DNA of 64,000 bases, from contig DASVHL010000033.1 in assembly GCA_036382575.1 (NCBI GenBank), positions 8,389 through 72,388 of the forward strand, given 5' to 3'. Shown here piece by piece: positions 28,223 through 36,924 of the stretch (positions within the stretch are counted from its first letter, which is position 1; every line of letters begins with the position of its first letter). The translations under genes and the position numbers were made by a program. This DNA is from Candidatus Saccharimonadales bacterium. GTDB lineage: Bacteria; Patescibacteriota; Saccharimonadia; Saccharimonadales; Saccharimonadaceae. The notes beneath the pieces were generated by a model. It made no database searches and was not told where the DNA came from. It was given only the letters and a program-made list of their open reading frames with translations.

Positions 28223-29467
28223 TCAATTTAGTGTATCAAGCAGCTGGTCACGTGTCAATAGAGTCATTTCACCACTGTTACGGCGCGTTAATTCGTACTG
28301 TCCCGACTCGATCAAACGATCACTCACCGTCACGCGATATGGGATGCCCATCAGCTCGGCGTCGGCAAATTTATTTCCTGGTCGTTCATCGCGGTCATCG
28401 TACAATACTTCGATGTCTTTAGCTATTAGCTCGTTGTATAGAGCATCAGCGTGTGCGATCGCCTCGTCTCCACCAATTCGTACTAAATACACCTTAGCTG
28501 GGGCGACATTTTCTGGCCACACGAGGCCTTTGTCATCACTGAAATGCTCCGCAATCAAGCCCATAACGCGGCTTGGACCGATGCCGTAGCTTCCCATAAT
28601 GACGCGGCGACTTACACCACCATCATCAGTGTAGTTAAGGTCAAGAGCATCAGAAAACTTTGTGCCGAGCGTAAAGATATTACCTACTTCAACGGCAGTC
28701 TTTTCGATCAATTCGTCTTTCGTAACGCCTAAATCGGCCAGAACCTCATCGTTGTAGACTTCTTCGTTAATGGCAATATTTTTGCCTTCGTGAACATAAA
28801 TCTTATCCTCACCTACTGGACTAAGCGTCTGGAATTCGTGGCTATATTTAGCAAAGCTACCACCACTGGCAAATGTCTTATAGGTAATCTCACCCAGGCC
28901 TAGGCGTGCATAGACACGATCGTATGCATCGCTAATCTTTTCATAGAACGCGTCATGTTCTTCCTGGGTGCGGCTAAAGCTATACAAATCCTTCATCCAA
29001 AATTCGCGACCACGCATCAAGCCACTTTTGCTACGCAATTCATTGCGGAACTTGATCTGAAACTGGTATGGATATACTGGCAAATCCTTGTAGCTATTAA
29101 TATACGTCTTCATCAACTTAGTTAACGGTTCTTCATGTGTTGGTGCCAGCCCAAGCTCACTACCACTGGCAAGCTTTGTTTTGAACCACACATCCATCAC
29201 CTGGTCGTCCCAGCGACCCGAAGCTTCCCAGACGTCTTTTTGCTGCAACGCAGTTAAGCTAATTTCGTTACCACCAATGCCATCCATCTCTTCACGGATA
29301 ATCTGAACGATCTTATCGAGCACGCGCTTACCTAGTGGTAGATACGCGTAGACGCCGGCCATTTCCTTATAGATAAAGCCAGCTCGGATAAGAAGCTGGG
29401 CGTTCTTTGCCACCTCGTCTGCTGGTGCCGTTTTACTTGTTTTGGTGAATAGATTCGATACTCGCAT
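28223..29467 (-). CDS. proS: prolyl-tRNA synthetase, bacterial-type order but lacking the INS editing domain (414 aa)
   Basis: Motif 2 FRNELRSKSGLMRGREFWMKD and motif 3 GSYGIGPSRVMG are only about 150 aa apart. The C-terminal anticodon-binding domain ends the protein. Confidence 0.9.
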   Translation of the reverse strand: MRVSNLFTKTSKTAPADEVAKNAQLLIRAGFIYKEMAGVYAYLPLGKRVLDKIVQIIREEMDGIGGNEISLTALQQKDVWEASGRWDDQVMDVWFKTKLASGSELGLAPTHEEPLTKLMKTYINSYKDLPVYPYQFQIKFRNELRSKSGLMRGREFWMKDLYSFSRTQEEHDAFYEKISDAYDRVYARLGLGEITYKTFASGGSFAKYSHEFQTLSPVGEDKIYVHEGKNIAINEEVYNDEVLADLGVTKDELIEKTAVEVGNIFTLGTKFSDALDLNYTDDGGVSRRVIMGSYGIGPSRVMGLIAEHFSDDKGLVWPENVAPAKVYLVRIGGDEAIAHADALYNELIAKDIEVLYDDRDERPGNKFADAELMGIPYRVTVSDRLIESGQYELTRRNSGEMTLLTRDQLLDTLN

Positions 29468-29507
29468 AATAATTTCCTTGTTTAGATATCGTTGTAAAGT
29501 CCTAGGT

Positions 29508-29539
29508 AATAAAAGAAACTACCGGCCAAGCGGTGTTTC
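29508..29539 (-). terminator. rho-independent terminator after the CPBP protease gene
   Basis: Stem GAAAC(T)ACCG / CGGTGTTTC, 9 bp with one bulge. UUUUAUU on the minus strand. Confidence 0.6.
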
Positions 29540-29571
29540 GGGAAGAAAAGATGGAACAAATCGAGTCATCA

Positions 29572-30375
29572 TTACCCCCCTATTGTATGCAATAGCTGCG
29601 GATTAATAAAGAGAAAATAAAATGCCAAGCCATTTTTCATCATATGCAGCAAGACACCTGCCCAAATATTTCCAGTGATTTCGCGCAGACTACACATCAC
29701 CAAGCTTAAGACAAATACATCAACCGCCACATTCACTCCGGCCAATGTACCGTCGCTCCAGTTCATATGCAAAAGTGCAAATAGCAGACTAGTTGCTAAG
29801 ACCGTAAGCCACACTGAGACCGATTTACGCAATTTTCCATACAAATACCCGCGAAAAATAGCTTCTTCGGCCACTGGCGCAACAACGACAAGCGTAAAGA
29901 ATGCCAGTAAGTATTCGAAGCGGTTTGTCAGATTGTCAAAGCCAACTTCTTGTGGTGCGGCGCCGTCAAAACCAGGGACGAAGGTCGTCAAAAGATACAC
30001 GACAATTCCCGACGCTAGTAGATACAAGACAAAGCCTGCTGGTGCAAGCCCTATATCCATCCAGCTTGGCAACCGTGTTATTCCTAACTCGTTCTTTGTC
30101 GTCGAGATCCGACGAACCCACCATGGCACCATAATGACAATAGCCAGCGTTAACACGTACACGCTTGCCGCTGCTACTGTTTCAAAAATTGATGGATTAA
30201 GTACGGATAACTGCACTCCAGCTGAACGAAGTGCAATAATAAGCGCACTGACCACAATCTGAGCCAAAACAAAGCTAGCCGCCACCCATGCAGGCAGCCC
30301 AAGAACAAGCCACCAACGCCTAGAGTGACGCTTGGTTACTGGCTGCTCTATTTTATTTGATAAGTTTGCCGACAT
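29572..30375 (-). CDS. CPBP-family (CAAX) intramembrane glutamic endopeptidase
   Basis: Motifs EEAIFRGYLYGKL and FALLHM. Polytopic membrane protein. ATG at 30375 preferred over TTG at 30381. Confidence 0.8.
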   Translation of the reverse strand: MSANLSNKIEQPVTKRHSRRWWLVLGLPAWVAASFVLAQIVVSALIIALRSAGVQLSVLNPSIFETVAAASVYVLTLAIVIMVPWWVRRISTTKNELGITRLPSWMDIGLAPAGFVLYLLASGIVVYLLTTFVPGFDGAAPQEVGFDNLTNRFEYLLAFFTLVVVAPVAEEAIFRGYLYGKLRKSVSVWLTVLATSLLFALLHMNWSDGTLAGVNVAVDVFVLSLVMCSLREITGNIWAGVLLHMMKNGLAFYFLFINPQLLHTIGG

Positions 30376-31495
30376 CTGCAACCGTCACCACAATAATAAG
30401 TGCCATTAATACCATAAAGCCAATTGTCTGGATCTTTTCTTCACGCTCTTTGGTGAGTGGCTTCTTTAATAGCCGGAAAATTACCATCGTAAACCATCGC
30501 CCCCCGTCAAGCGCCGGGATAGGCAACGCATTCATTACCGCGAGAGTCAGCGAGATGATTGCAGTGAGTAAAACAAGTTGTGTCAGGCCAGCTTGCTCTG
30601 CAGCGGGGAAAATCGTCCCCAAAATGCCAACCGGTCCTGCAACACTATTACCTGCCTTCGCAAGACTTTGGTTTGCTTCGGTTCGCGTATCCGGATCAGG
30701 ACTCAGCTGCAAGAAAATACCTTTGGTAAAATCAGCGACCAAATTGCCAAGCCCCTGGAATGTCACAGCTGTAAACTGTGCCGTTGTTAAAACTCCCACT
30801 ATTGGCGCTGACCAGCTCGCCTGAATCTGTTCGCGCTGCAACGAACCAACACCCAAATAGCCAGTCTCGCTCTTAGTAAGAAGTGTTGCTTTTGCACTGT
30901 GCTCAACACCGCCGCGGGTGTAAATAATTTCAACTGTCTTTCCACGATTATCTTTTGTTGCATCAGATAGTGCCGCAGATGAATCAATAATCCTACCATC
31001 GAATCGTCGAATTTGATCTCCTGTTTTTAGACCGGCTTTATCGGCAGGAGAACCCTTGGTCACTACAGTTATTTCAATTGGTTTACTAATAATAGTCGTA
31101 TCACCTGCGACCGAGAATTGGTTTGGTAGAATCTTCGGCAAACCCGTCCAAGCAAGAGTCGTCAATAGTAATGCGGCCACAAACCAGTTAATCAACACGC
31201 CAGCTAATAGAATACGCGTTTTTTGCCAGAACGTCGCAGCACCGTAGTCACCTTTTTTACTTGCGGCGTCGTGTTCGCCCTGTAATTTCACGAAGCCACC
31301 CAATGGCAACCAGTTAAGGCTAAAAAGAATACCGTTTTTTAATTTCTTTGACCACGCCATCGGTGGAAATCCAATACCAAACTCCTCGACCACAACGCCG
31401 TTACGACGCGCCAAAATCGCATGTCCCAGTTCGTGCACAACCACTAAGAAAACTAGGACGATAACGCCGACAATAATCCCCAATATTACTTCCAT
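30353..31495 (-). CDS. rseP: RIP site-2 metalloprotease RseP (M50) with PDZ
   Basis: HELGHAILAR, PDZ (GSPADKAGLKTGDQI), and the C-terminal NALPIPALDGG motif. Confidence 0.87.
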   Translation of the reverse strand: MEVILGIIVGVIVLVFLVVVHELGHAILARRNGVVVEEFGIGFPPMAWSKKLKNGILFSLNWLPLGGFVKLQGEHDAASKKGDYGAATFWQKTRILLAGVLINWFVAALLLTTLAWTGLPKILPNQFSVAGDTTIISKPIEITVVTKGSPADKAGLKTGDQIRRFDGRIIDSSAALSDATKDNRGKTVEIIYTRGGVEHSAKATLLTKSETGYLGVGSLQREQIQASWSAPIVGVLTTAQFTAVTFQGLGNLVADFTKGIFLQLSPDPDTRTEANQSLAKAGNSVAGPVGILGTIFPAAEQAGLTQLVLLTAIISLTLAVMNALPIPALDGGRWFTMVIFRLLKKPLTKEREEKIQTIGFMVLMALIIVVTVADVGKLIK

Positions 31496-32185
31496 TTATC
31501 CTCCAAATCGTCGGCTGCGCCGTGAATATTCTTCTAGTATAGACGTCACATCGTCTTTTGTCATGTCTGGCCAAAGTTTATCTAAGAATAAAAGCTCACT
31601 ATAGGCAGATCGCCACAGCATAAAGTTACTTAGCCGTTGTTCACCGCTCGTACGTACAACTATATCAATCGGTGGTAGCTCAGGTTTGTAGAGATGCTCA
31701 GATATAAGATCGGGGGTAATGTCAGCCACGTCGACACCCGCCTGAACAATTTTTTTGCACGCATCGACAATCTCTTGTTGTCCGCCATAATTAAAACACA
31801 CAGCCAAGGTACCACCGGTATTATTTGCTGTATTCGCTTCGACACTTTCGACCGCCTCTAACACTTTAGGACTAAGCTGATCGCGCGACCCCAAAATAAC
31901 AACCTTGATGTTGTTCTCTTGAAAAATATGCAGATCCTCAACCGCTGCCTTGATCACCATATTCATCAACTTGCCTACTTCATCTTGGCTTCGTTTCCAG
32001 TTTTCGGTGCTAAAGATGTAGAGTGATACGTACTCAACACCGGCGTCAAAACTAGCCTGCGCAATCTTATGCACGACTTTATAGCCGGCAGCGTGCCCTT
32101 TGAACGTCGGTAAACCATGTTCTTTGGCCCATCGCCGATTTCCGTCGACAATATAACCAATGTGTCGCGGAGTCACTCCTGTCAT
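31496..32185 (-). CDS. uppS: undecaprenyl-diphosphate synthase (cis-prenyltransferase)
   Basis: HIGYIVDGNRRWA, FSTENWKR, RTSGEQRLSNFMLW. Confidence 0.92.
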   Translation of the reverse strand: MTGVTPRHIGYIVDGNRRWAKEHGLPTFKGHAAGYKVVHKIAQASFDAGVEYVSLYIFSTENWKRSQDEVGKLMNMVIKAAVEDLHIFQENNIKVVILGSRDQLSPKVLEAVESVEANTANNTGGTLAVCFNYGGQQEIVDACKKIVQAGVDVADITPDLISEHLYKPELPPIDIVVRTSGEQRLSNFMLWRSAYSELLFLDKLWPDMTKDDVTSILEEYSRRSRRFGG

Positions 32186-32739
32186 TAGATAGTCAGAATA
32201 TCTTTCTCTTTAGCGGCAAAGATAGCTTCAATCTTGCTTTGGTAGTCGCTCATCAAACGATCGATTTCTTTTTCAACACGCTTTTCGTCGTCTTCAGATA
32301 GCTCCTTGGCGTCTTTTTTGCGCTTGGCATCCTTCAATGCATCCTGACGAATATTGCGAAGTGCAATACGAGTTTCTTCTACCTTATCGGCAGTCTGCTT
32401 CACGAGCTGCTTACGTCGCTCTTCAGTAAGTGGTGGCACCGGTACGCGAATAACGCGACCGTCGTCACTTGGATTAAAGCCGAGTGATTGATCAGCACGA
32501 ATCGCAGCCGCAATCGCTTGCAAGTTACTTGGATCAAATGGCGTTACTTGCAACAGCTGTGGTTCTGGTGCAGTAATATTCGACACCTGGTTAAGCGGTG
32601 TCATAACACCATACGCCTCTACCTTGATACCCTCAAGCATGCCTGGATGTGAGCGGCCGGTACGAACTTTATGTAGCTCATCTTCAAAATGCTCTAGGGC
32701 ACTTGTCATTTTTAATTCATAGGGGTCGGTATCAAACAT
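32185..32739 (-). CDS. frr: ribosome recycling factor
   Basis: RTGRSHPGMLEGIKVEAYG and PPLTEERRKQLVK. Confidence 0.95.
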   Translation of the reverse strand: MFDTDPYELKMTSALEHFEDELHKVRTGRSHPGMLEGIKVEAYGVMTPLNQVSNITAPEPQLLQVTPFDPSNLQAIAAAIRADQSLGFNPSDDGRVIRVPVPPLTEERRKQLVKQTADKVEETRIALRNIRQDALKDAKRKKDAKELSEDDEKRVEKEIDRLMSDYQSKIEAIFAAKEKDILTI

Positions 32740-32774
32740 AGTTCCTCACTTTAATTATCTAGTACTAGTATAGC

Positions 32775-32799
32775 AAAAACCGGCCATTTCTGGCCGGTT
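32775..32799 (-). terminator. rho-independent terminator between tsf and frr
   Basis: Stem AACCGGCCA / TGGCCGGTT, 4-nt loop. U-run on the minus strand. Confidence 0.75.
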
Positions 32800-32822
32800 C
32801 TCAGGGTAGATTAAATCTAATC

Positions 32823-33419
32823 TTATTCAGTTACACCAAGTTCAATTCGCTTGAACTGACTAACACGAATGTTTTCGCCGCTTTTAGCGATTTGCTCTTT
32901 GATGCGACCTTCAACAGTCATGCTATCGTCAAGAATGTATGTCTGGCTCATTAATACCTTGTCGGCAAAGTGTTTTTTGAGCTGACCTTCAACGATCTTC
33001 TCACGCATGTCTTCAGGCTTCTTCTGAAGATCTTCGCTAGCAAGAAGTTCTTGCTTAACACGCTCAACTTCTTCAGCTGGAATGTCTTCTTCTGAAACGT
33101 ATACAGGTGACATCGCAGCGATCTGCATAGCGATTTGGTGTGCAAGTTCGCGGAAGTCGTCAAGACGAGCCACGAAATCAGTTTCACAGTTTACTTCTAC
33201 AACAACACCGATACGGTTTGAGTGAACATAGCTGTCAATAACACCTTCGCGAGTTTCGCGGTCACCTTTTTTCTCAGCCTTTGTCAGACCTTTTTTGCGC
33301 ATAGCCTCAAGTGCTTTATCAAAATCACCGTCAGCTTCTACAAGAGCAACCTTAGCGTCAGTAAGACCAACACCAGTAAGTTCTTTTAGCTTTTTAATAT
33401 CTTCGATTGAAACGCCCAT
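32823..33419 (-). CDS. tsf: elongation factor Ts (short form)
   Basis: IKKLKELTGVGLTDAKVALVEADGDFDKALEAMRKKG (UBA-like N-domain) and ETDFVAR. Confidence 0.92.
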   Translation of the reverse strand: MGVSIEDIKKLKELTGVGLTDAKVALVEADGDFDKALEAMRKKGLTKAEKKGDRETREGVIDSYVHSNRIGVVVEVNCETDFVARLDDFRELAHQIAMQIAAMSPVYVSEEDIPAEEVERVKQELLASEDLQKKPEDMREKIVEGQLKKHFADKVLMSQTYILDDSMTVEGRIKEQIAKSGENIRVSQFKRIELGVTE

Positions 33420-33422
33420 TTA

Positions 33423-34142
33423 TTATTTCTCCTCAGATTTATCAGCTGGTTTTTGTACGCCTGCACCTTCAGCAACAGCGGCAGTAAAGTAATCAAGGAG
33501 TAGTTGAACACCCTTGATGGCGTCGTCGTTACCCGGAACAACGTAGTCGATAGCGCTTGGGTCAGCGTTTGTATCAACGATACCAACTACTGGAATACCA
33601 AGTGTTTTTGCTTCTTTAACAGCGTTAGCGTCAGTGATAACGTCGATCACAACGATTGCACCTGGCTTGCCGTTAAGGTCTTTGATACCACCGTATTTAA
33701 CGTTTAGTTCATCGATTTCCTCTTGGAAACGCTGTACTTCAAGTTTGTTGTAGCGCTTTTCAAGATCACCAGTTGCCATACGCTTTTCAAGATCTTTTAG
33801 CTTCTTGATCTGCTGAGTAACAGTGTCGACGTTGGTAAGCATACCGCCAACCCATCGTTCAGTCACAAATGGTTGGTTAGCTTTTTCAGCTGCAGTACGA
33901 ACAGCATCTTTTGCTTGCTTCTTAGTACCAACAAATAGTACTTGCTTGCCGCTAGTTGCAACCTTAGTCAAGAATGGCAAAGCCTTATCTAGACCTTCAA
34001 CAGTTTTTGTCAGATCAATAATGTGACTGTCCTGGCGTTTACTGTGAATGTATGGGGCCATTTTAGGGTGCCAACGGCTCGTTTTGTGTCCAAAATGGAC
34101 ACCAGCTTCGAGCAAAGCTTTAATATCGACAGTTACTGTCAT
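33423..34142 (-). CDS. rpsB: 30S ribosomal protein S2
   Basis: LLEAGVHFGHKTSRWHPKM and the conserved core. AAAGGAG SD. Confidence 0.95.
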   Translation of the reverse strand: MTVTVDIKALLEAGVHFGHKTSRWHPKMAPYIHSKRQDSHIIDLTKTVEGLDKALPFLTKVATSGKQVLFVGTKKQAKDAVRTAAEKANQPFVTERWVGGMLTNVDTVTQQIKKLKDLEKRMATGDLEKRYNKLEVQRFQEEIDELNVKYGGIKDLNGKPGAIVVIDVITDANAVKEAKTLGIPVVGIVDTNADPSAIDYVVPGNDDAIKGVQLLLDYFTAAVAEGAGVQKPADKSEEK

Positions 34143-34168
34143 AAAGTTAGAACTCCTTTGTTCCTCAC

Positions 34169-34202
34169 CCGTATCCCTGAAGGTTCAGGAGCTATGATAC
34201 GG
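34169..34202 (-). promoter_or_regulatory. nested stem-loop in the rpsB 5' UTR
   Basis: CCGTATC (34169-75) pairs with GATACGG (34196-202). These enclose CCTGAA (34176-81) / TTCAGG (34184-89). Confidence 0.4.
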
Positions 34203-34231
34203 ATTGTGTCATTAAAAATTGTTACCTCCGT

Positions 34232-34282
34232 AGTATAGCGTATTCTCACCCCTTTGACAATCCCCGTTAGATCGGCTATACT
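34232..34282. promoter_or_regulatory. back-to-back divergent promoters of rpsB and rpmE2 with overlapping -35 hexamers
   Basis: Plus strand: TTGACA 34254-59, N17, TATACT 34277-82. Minus strand: TTGTCA 34255-60, N17, TATACT 34232-37. Confidence 0.5.
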
Positions 34283-34291
34283 AGTTCAGAT

Positions 34292-34612
34292 ATGAAAAGC
34301 AGTATACACCCAACAACATACCGTCCCGTCGTATTTAGCGATGACGTGGCTGGGTTTGCCTTTTTGACACAGTCAACAGCGCAGACAACCGACACAATTA
34401 AATGGGAAGATGGCAACGAATACCCACTCGTTAAAGTCCACATCTCATCGGCTTCTCACCCGTTCTTTACTGGTGAAGAGCGTATCATCGACACCGAAGG
34501 TCGTGTCGACCGCTTTAAGGCTAAATTTGCAGCTGCAGAAGCTCGCAAAGAAGCACTTACAAGCAAAGCTAAAAAAGCCGCTGCGCAAAAAGCTGCAAAA
34601 GCAGACAAATAG
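34292..34612 (+). CDS. rpmE2: 50S ribosomal protein L31, type B (no CxxC), with Lys/Ala-rich C-terminal tail
   Basis: [15 protein letters not shown]...[28 protein letters not shown]. No cysteines. About 25 extra K/A-rich residues. Confidence 0.9.
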   Translation: MKSSIHPTTYRPVVFSDDVAGFAFLTQSTAQTTDTIKWEDGNEYPLVKVHISSASHPFFTGEERIIDTEGRVDRFKAKFAAAEARKEALTSKAKKAAAQKAAKADK

Positions 34613-34622
34613 CGCCGCTACA

Positions 34623-34657
34623 AAAAAGAGACTGCCCTTTAGCGGTCTCTTTTTTGT
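34623..34657 (+). terminator. rho-independent terminator after rpmE2
   Basis: Stem GAGACTGC / GCGGTCTC (one G-U pair), 6-nt loop, TTTTTTG tract. Confidence 0.8.
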
Positions 34658-34692
34658 TATACTAAAGACAACAACCTAATACGAGGAAATCT

Positions 34693-35028
34693 ATGGAATC
34701 ACCGCAAACCGATCAACCCGCTTTCGTACCAGCACAGACTGCTGCTCCTGCTGACGCGATCGTTAAAAGTAATCGTAAGCGTACCGTTCTTGCTTTGTGG
34801 CTCATGATCGGTCCGACCGCCCTAATCATCGTCTCAATCATATTGTACGCCGTAGCGAATTTCATAACGAGTCAGGTAGCTCCCGAGAGCGGTGAGCTAT
34901 TTGCCGAGCCAACAGTTGGCAGTGCTATCGTAAATATTATTCTATTTATCATCGGCGCCATTTCAGTTATTACCTGGCTACCCGGATTGATCACTGGTAT
35001 CGTTCTCCTCGCAACTAAAAAGAAATAA
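34693..35028 (+). CDS. small membrane protein (2 TM), unknown function
   Basis: GAGGA SD 7 nt upstream. Two hydrophobic helices. Confidence 0.55.
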   Translation: MESPQTDQPAFVPAQTAAPADAIVKSNRKRTVLALWLMIGPTALIIVSIILYAVANFITSQVAPESGELFAEPTVGSAIVNIILFIIGAISVITWLPGLITGIVLLATKKK

Positions 35029-35036
35029 ACTATATT

Positions 35037-36107
35037 ATGCCAAAGATTAGCCTCAATATTAACGAACTCAGTGCCGAAAAAGCCGCGCTGGCTGACTTCT
35101 TGGCATCTCCAGATGCCTATGCTGATACGGATTTCAGCAGCAAAAACAAACGTTTCACTGAACTTGAAGCAATTATTGAAAAAGCTACCCTGCGTCAGAC
35201 CTTTGAAGGTCAATTAGCTGAGGCAAAAGAGCTTTCGTCGGGCGGTGACGAACTGGCTGAGCTCGCCAAGATAGAAGCCAACGAAATCGAGACACGCCTG
35301 GCTGAGCTCGAAGACGAACTATTCATTATGTTGGCACCAAAAGATCCAAATGACGAAAAGAACGTTATTATCGAAATTCGTGCCGGTGCCGGTGGTGACG
35401 AAGCTAGTTTATTTGCCGCTGAACTGTATCGCATGTATCTGCGCTACTGCGAAACACATAACCTCAAAACTGAGCAGCTATCTGAAAGTGCCAACGATAC
35501 CGGTGGCTATAAAGAAGTCGTCTTTAGTGTTAGCGGCGATGCCCCATATGCAAAATTAAAATTTGAGTCTGGCGTACACCGTGTTCAACGTGTCCCAGCG
35601 ACCGAGTCTCAAGGTCGTATTCACACTAGTACCGTGACCGTTGCCGTCCTACCAGAAGCCCAAGAGACTGATATTGAAATCAACGCCAATGAACTAAAGA
35701 TTGACGTGTACCGCGCCGGTGGTCATGGCGGCCAGTCAGTTAACACAACCGATAGTGCCGTGCGCATCACCCACCTTCCAACTGGGCTGGTTGTTACTAA
35801 CCAGGATGAAAAATCTCAGATTAAAAACAAAGAAAAAGCCATGAGTGTTCTACGTTCACGTTTGCTTCAGGCAAAGATCGATGAAGAGCAGACAAAGCTA
35901 GCCGCTGAACGCCGCAGTCTTATCGGTAGTGGTGATCGTAGCGAAAAAATCCGTACCTACAACTTCCCACAAGACCGTATTACCGATCACCGCATCGGCT
36001 ATTCTCGTAGCAGTATTCCTTCGGCCTTGAACGGATCCATTGACGATTTAATCGAGCACCTACAGGCTTATGAGCGCGAACTTGCCGCAGCAAACGCCAG
36101 CAATTAA
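35037..36107 (+). CDS. prfA: peptide chain release factor 1
   Basis: PAT tripeptide (RVPATESQG) and GGQ (GGHGGQSVN). Confidence 0.95.
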   Translation: MPKISLNINELSAEKAALADFLASPDAYADTDFSSKNKRFTELEAIIEKATLRQTFEGQLAEAKELSSGGDELAELAKIEANEIETRLAELEDELFIMLAPKDPNDEKNVIIEIRAGAGGDEASLFAAELYRMYLRYCETHNLKTEQLSESANDTGGYKEVVFSVSGDAPYAKLKFESGVHRVQRVPATESQGRIHTSTVTVAVLPEAQETDIEINANELKIDVYRAGGHGGQSVNTTDSAVRITHLPTGLVVTNQDEKSQIKNKEKAMSVLRSRLLQAKIDEEQTKLAAERRSLIGSGDRSEKIRTYNFPQDRITDHRIGYSRSSIPSALNGSIDDLIEHLQAYERELAAANASN

Positions 36108-36924
36108 AGACTGGCTACGTCGTGCAGTCGCCGAATTAGTGGCGGCCGAGATTCCTTCTGCAAAGTTAGATGCCGAAATCATTCTGGCACATACACTGCG
36201 TCGAAGTCGAACATATCTGCATGCTCACGACGATGAGGAGCTTTCTCTGCGTGACCAAGAAATTGCCGATGCTCGCCTACGACTTCGTCTCGATCGCATC
36301 CCTATCGCCTATATCGTTGGCCATAAAGAGTTCTACGGCCGATTATTTCATGTCACGCCCGCGACACTCATTCCTCGACCTGAATCCGAAGTTATGATCA
36401 CCCTCCTAAAAGAGTACGCCGCCCAGACGAAACTTGATTTACACAAGACTATCGAAAGGCTTGTTGATGTCGGCACTGGCTCAGGATGTCTAGGTATCAC
36501 TGCTAAACGTGAACTACCTGAACTAGATACCACCTTAATCGATGTGAGCCGTCACGCTTTAACTGTGGCCGAGACAAATGCTAAACGCCTCGAGGCCGAG
36601 GTGACGACACTTCGTAGTAACTTACTGTCCGATTACCCTTTTACTGCCAATTACATACTCGCTAATTTGCCCTATGTTGACGAATCGTGGCAGCGCTCGC
36701 CAGAAACAAATCATGAGCCAGCATTGGCTTTATTTGCTGATGACGATGGCTTAGCACTTATCAATAAGTTGATCGATCAGGCACCTACGTACCTTGCTTC
36801 TAATGGCCTGCTGTTCCTTGAGGCTGACCCGCGCCAACATGCTGCAATTATACGGACCGCAAAAAATCGCGGCCTTACCCATCAAGAAAGCCGCGATTTT
36901 ATCGTTGTACTGCGTAAAAGCTAG
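36070..36924 (+). CDS. prmC: release-factor glutamine N5-methyltransferase
   Basis: Follows prfA. SAM motif [11 protein letters not shown] and an NPPY-type motif present as NLPY. Confidence 0.85.
   Translation: MSANLPQQTPAIKDWLRRAVAELVAAEIPSAKLDAEIILAHTLRRSRTYLHAHDDEELSLRDQEIADARLRLRLDRIPIAYIVGHKEFYGRLFHVTPATLIPRPESEVMITLLKEYAAQTKLDLHKTIERLVDVGTGSGCLGITAKRELPELDTTLIDVSRHALTVAETNAKRLEAEVTTLRSNLLSDYPFTANYILANLPYVDESWQRSPETNHEPALALFADDDGLALINKLIDQAPTYLASNGLLFLEADPRQHAAIIRTAKNRGLTHQESRDFIVVLRKS

Noticed and set aside
19378-29571. Checked the upstream regions of serS, lysS and proS for additional T-box leaders.
   Set aside because: The spacers are only about 50, 30-80 and 100 nt. They contain terminators of the upstream genes or simple SD regions. 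No UGGNACC-bulge antiterminator motif was seen.
36921-36924. Convergent prmC and htrA stop codons overlap in the palindrome CTAG, with no terminator between them.
   Set aside because: This is a compaction curiosity that is common in small genomes. There is no evidence of regulatory meaning.
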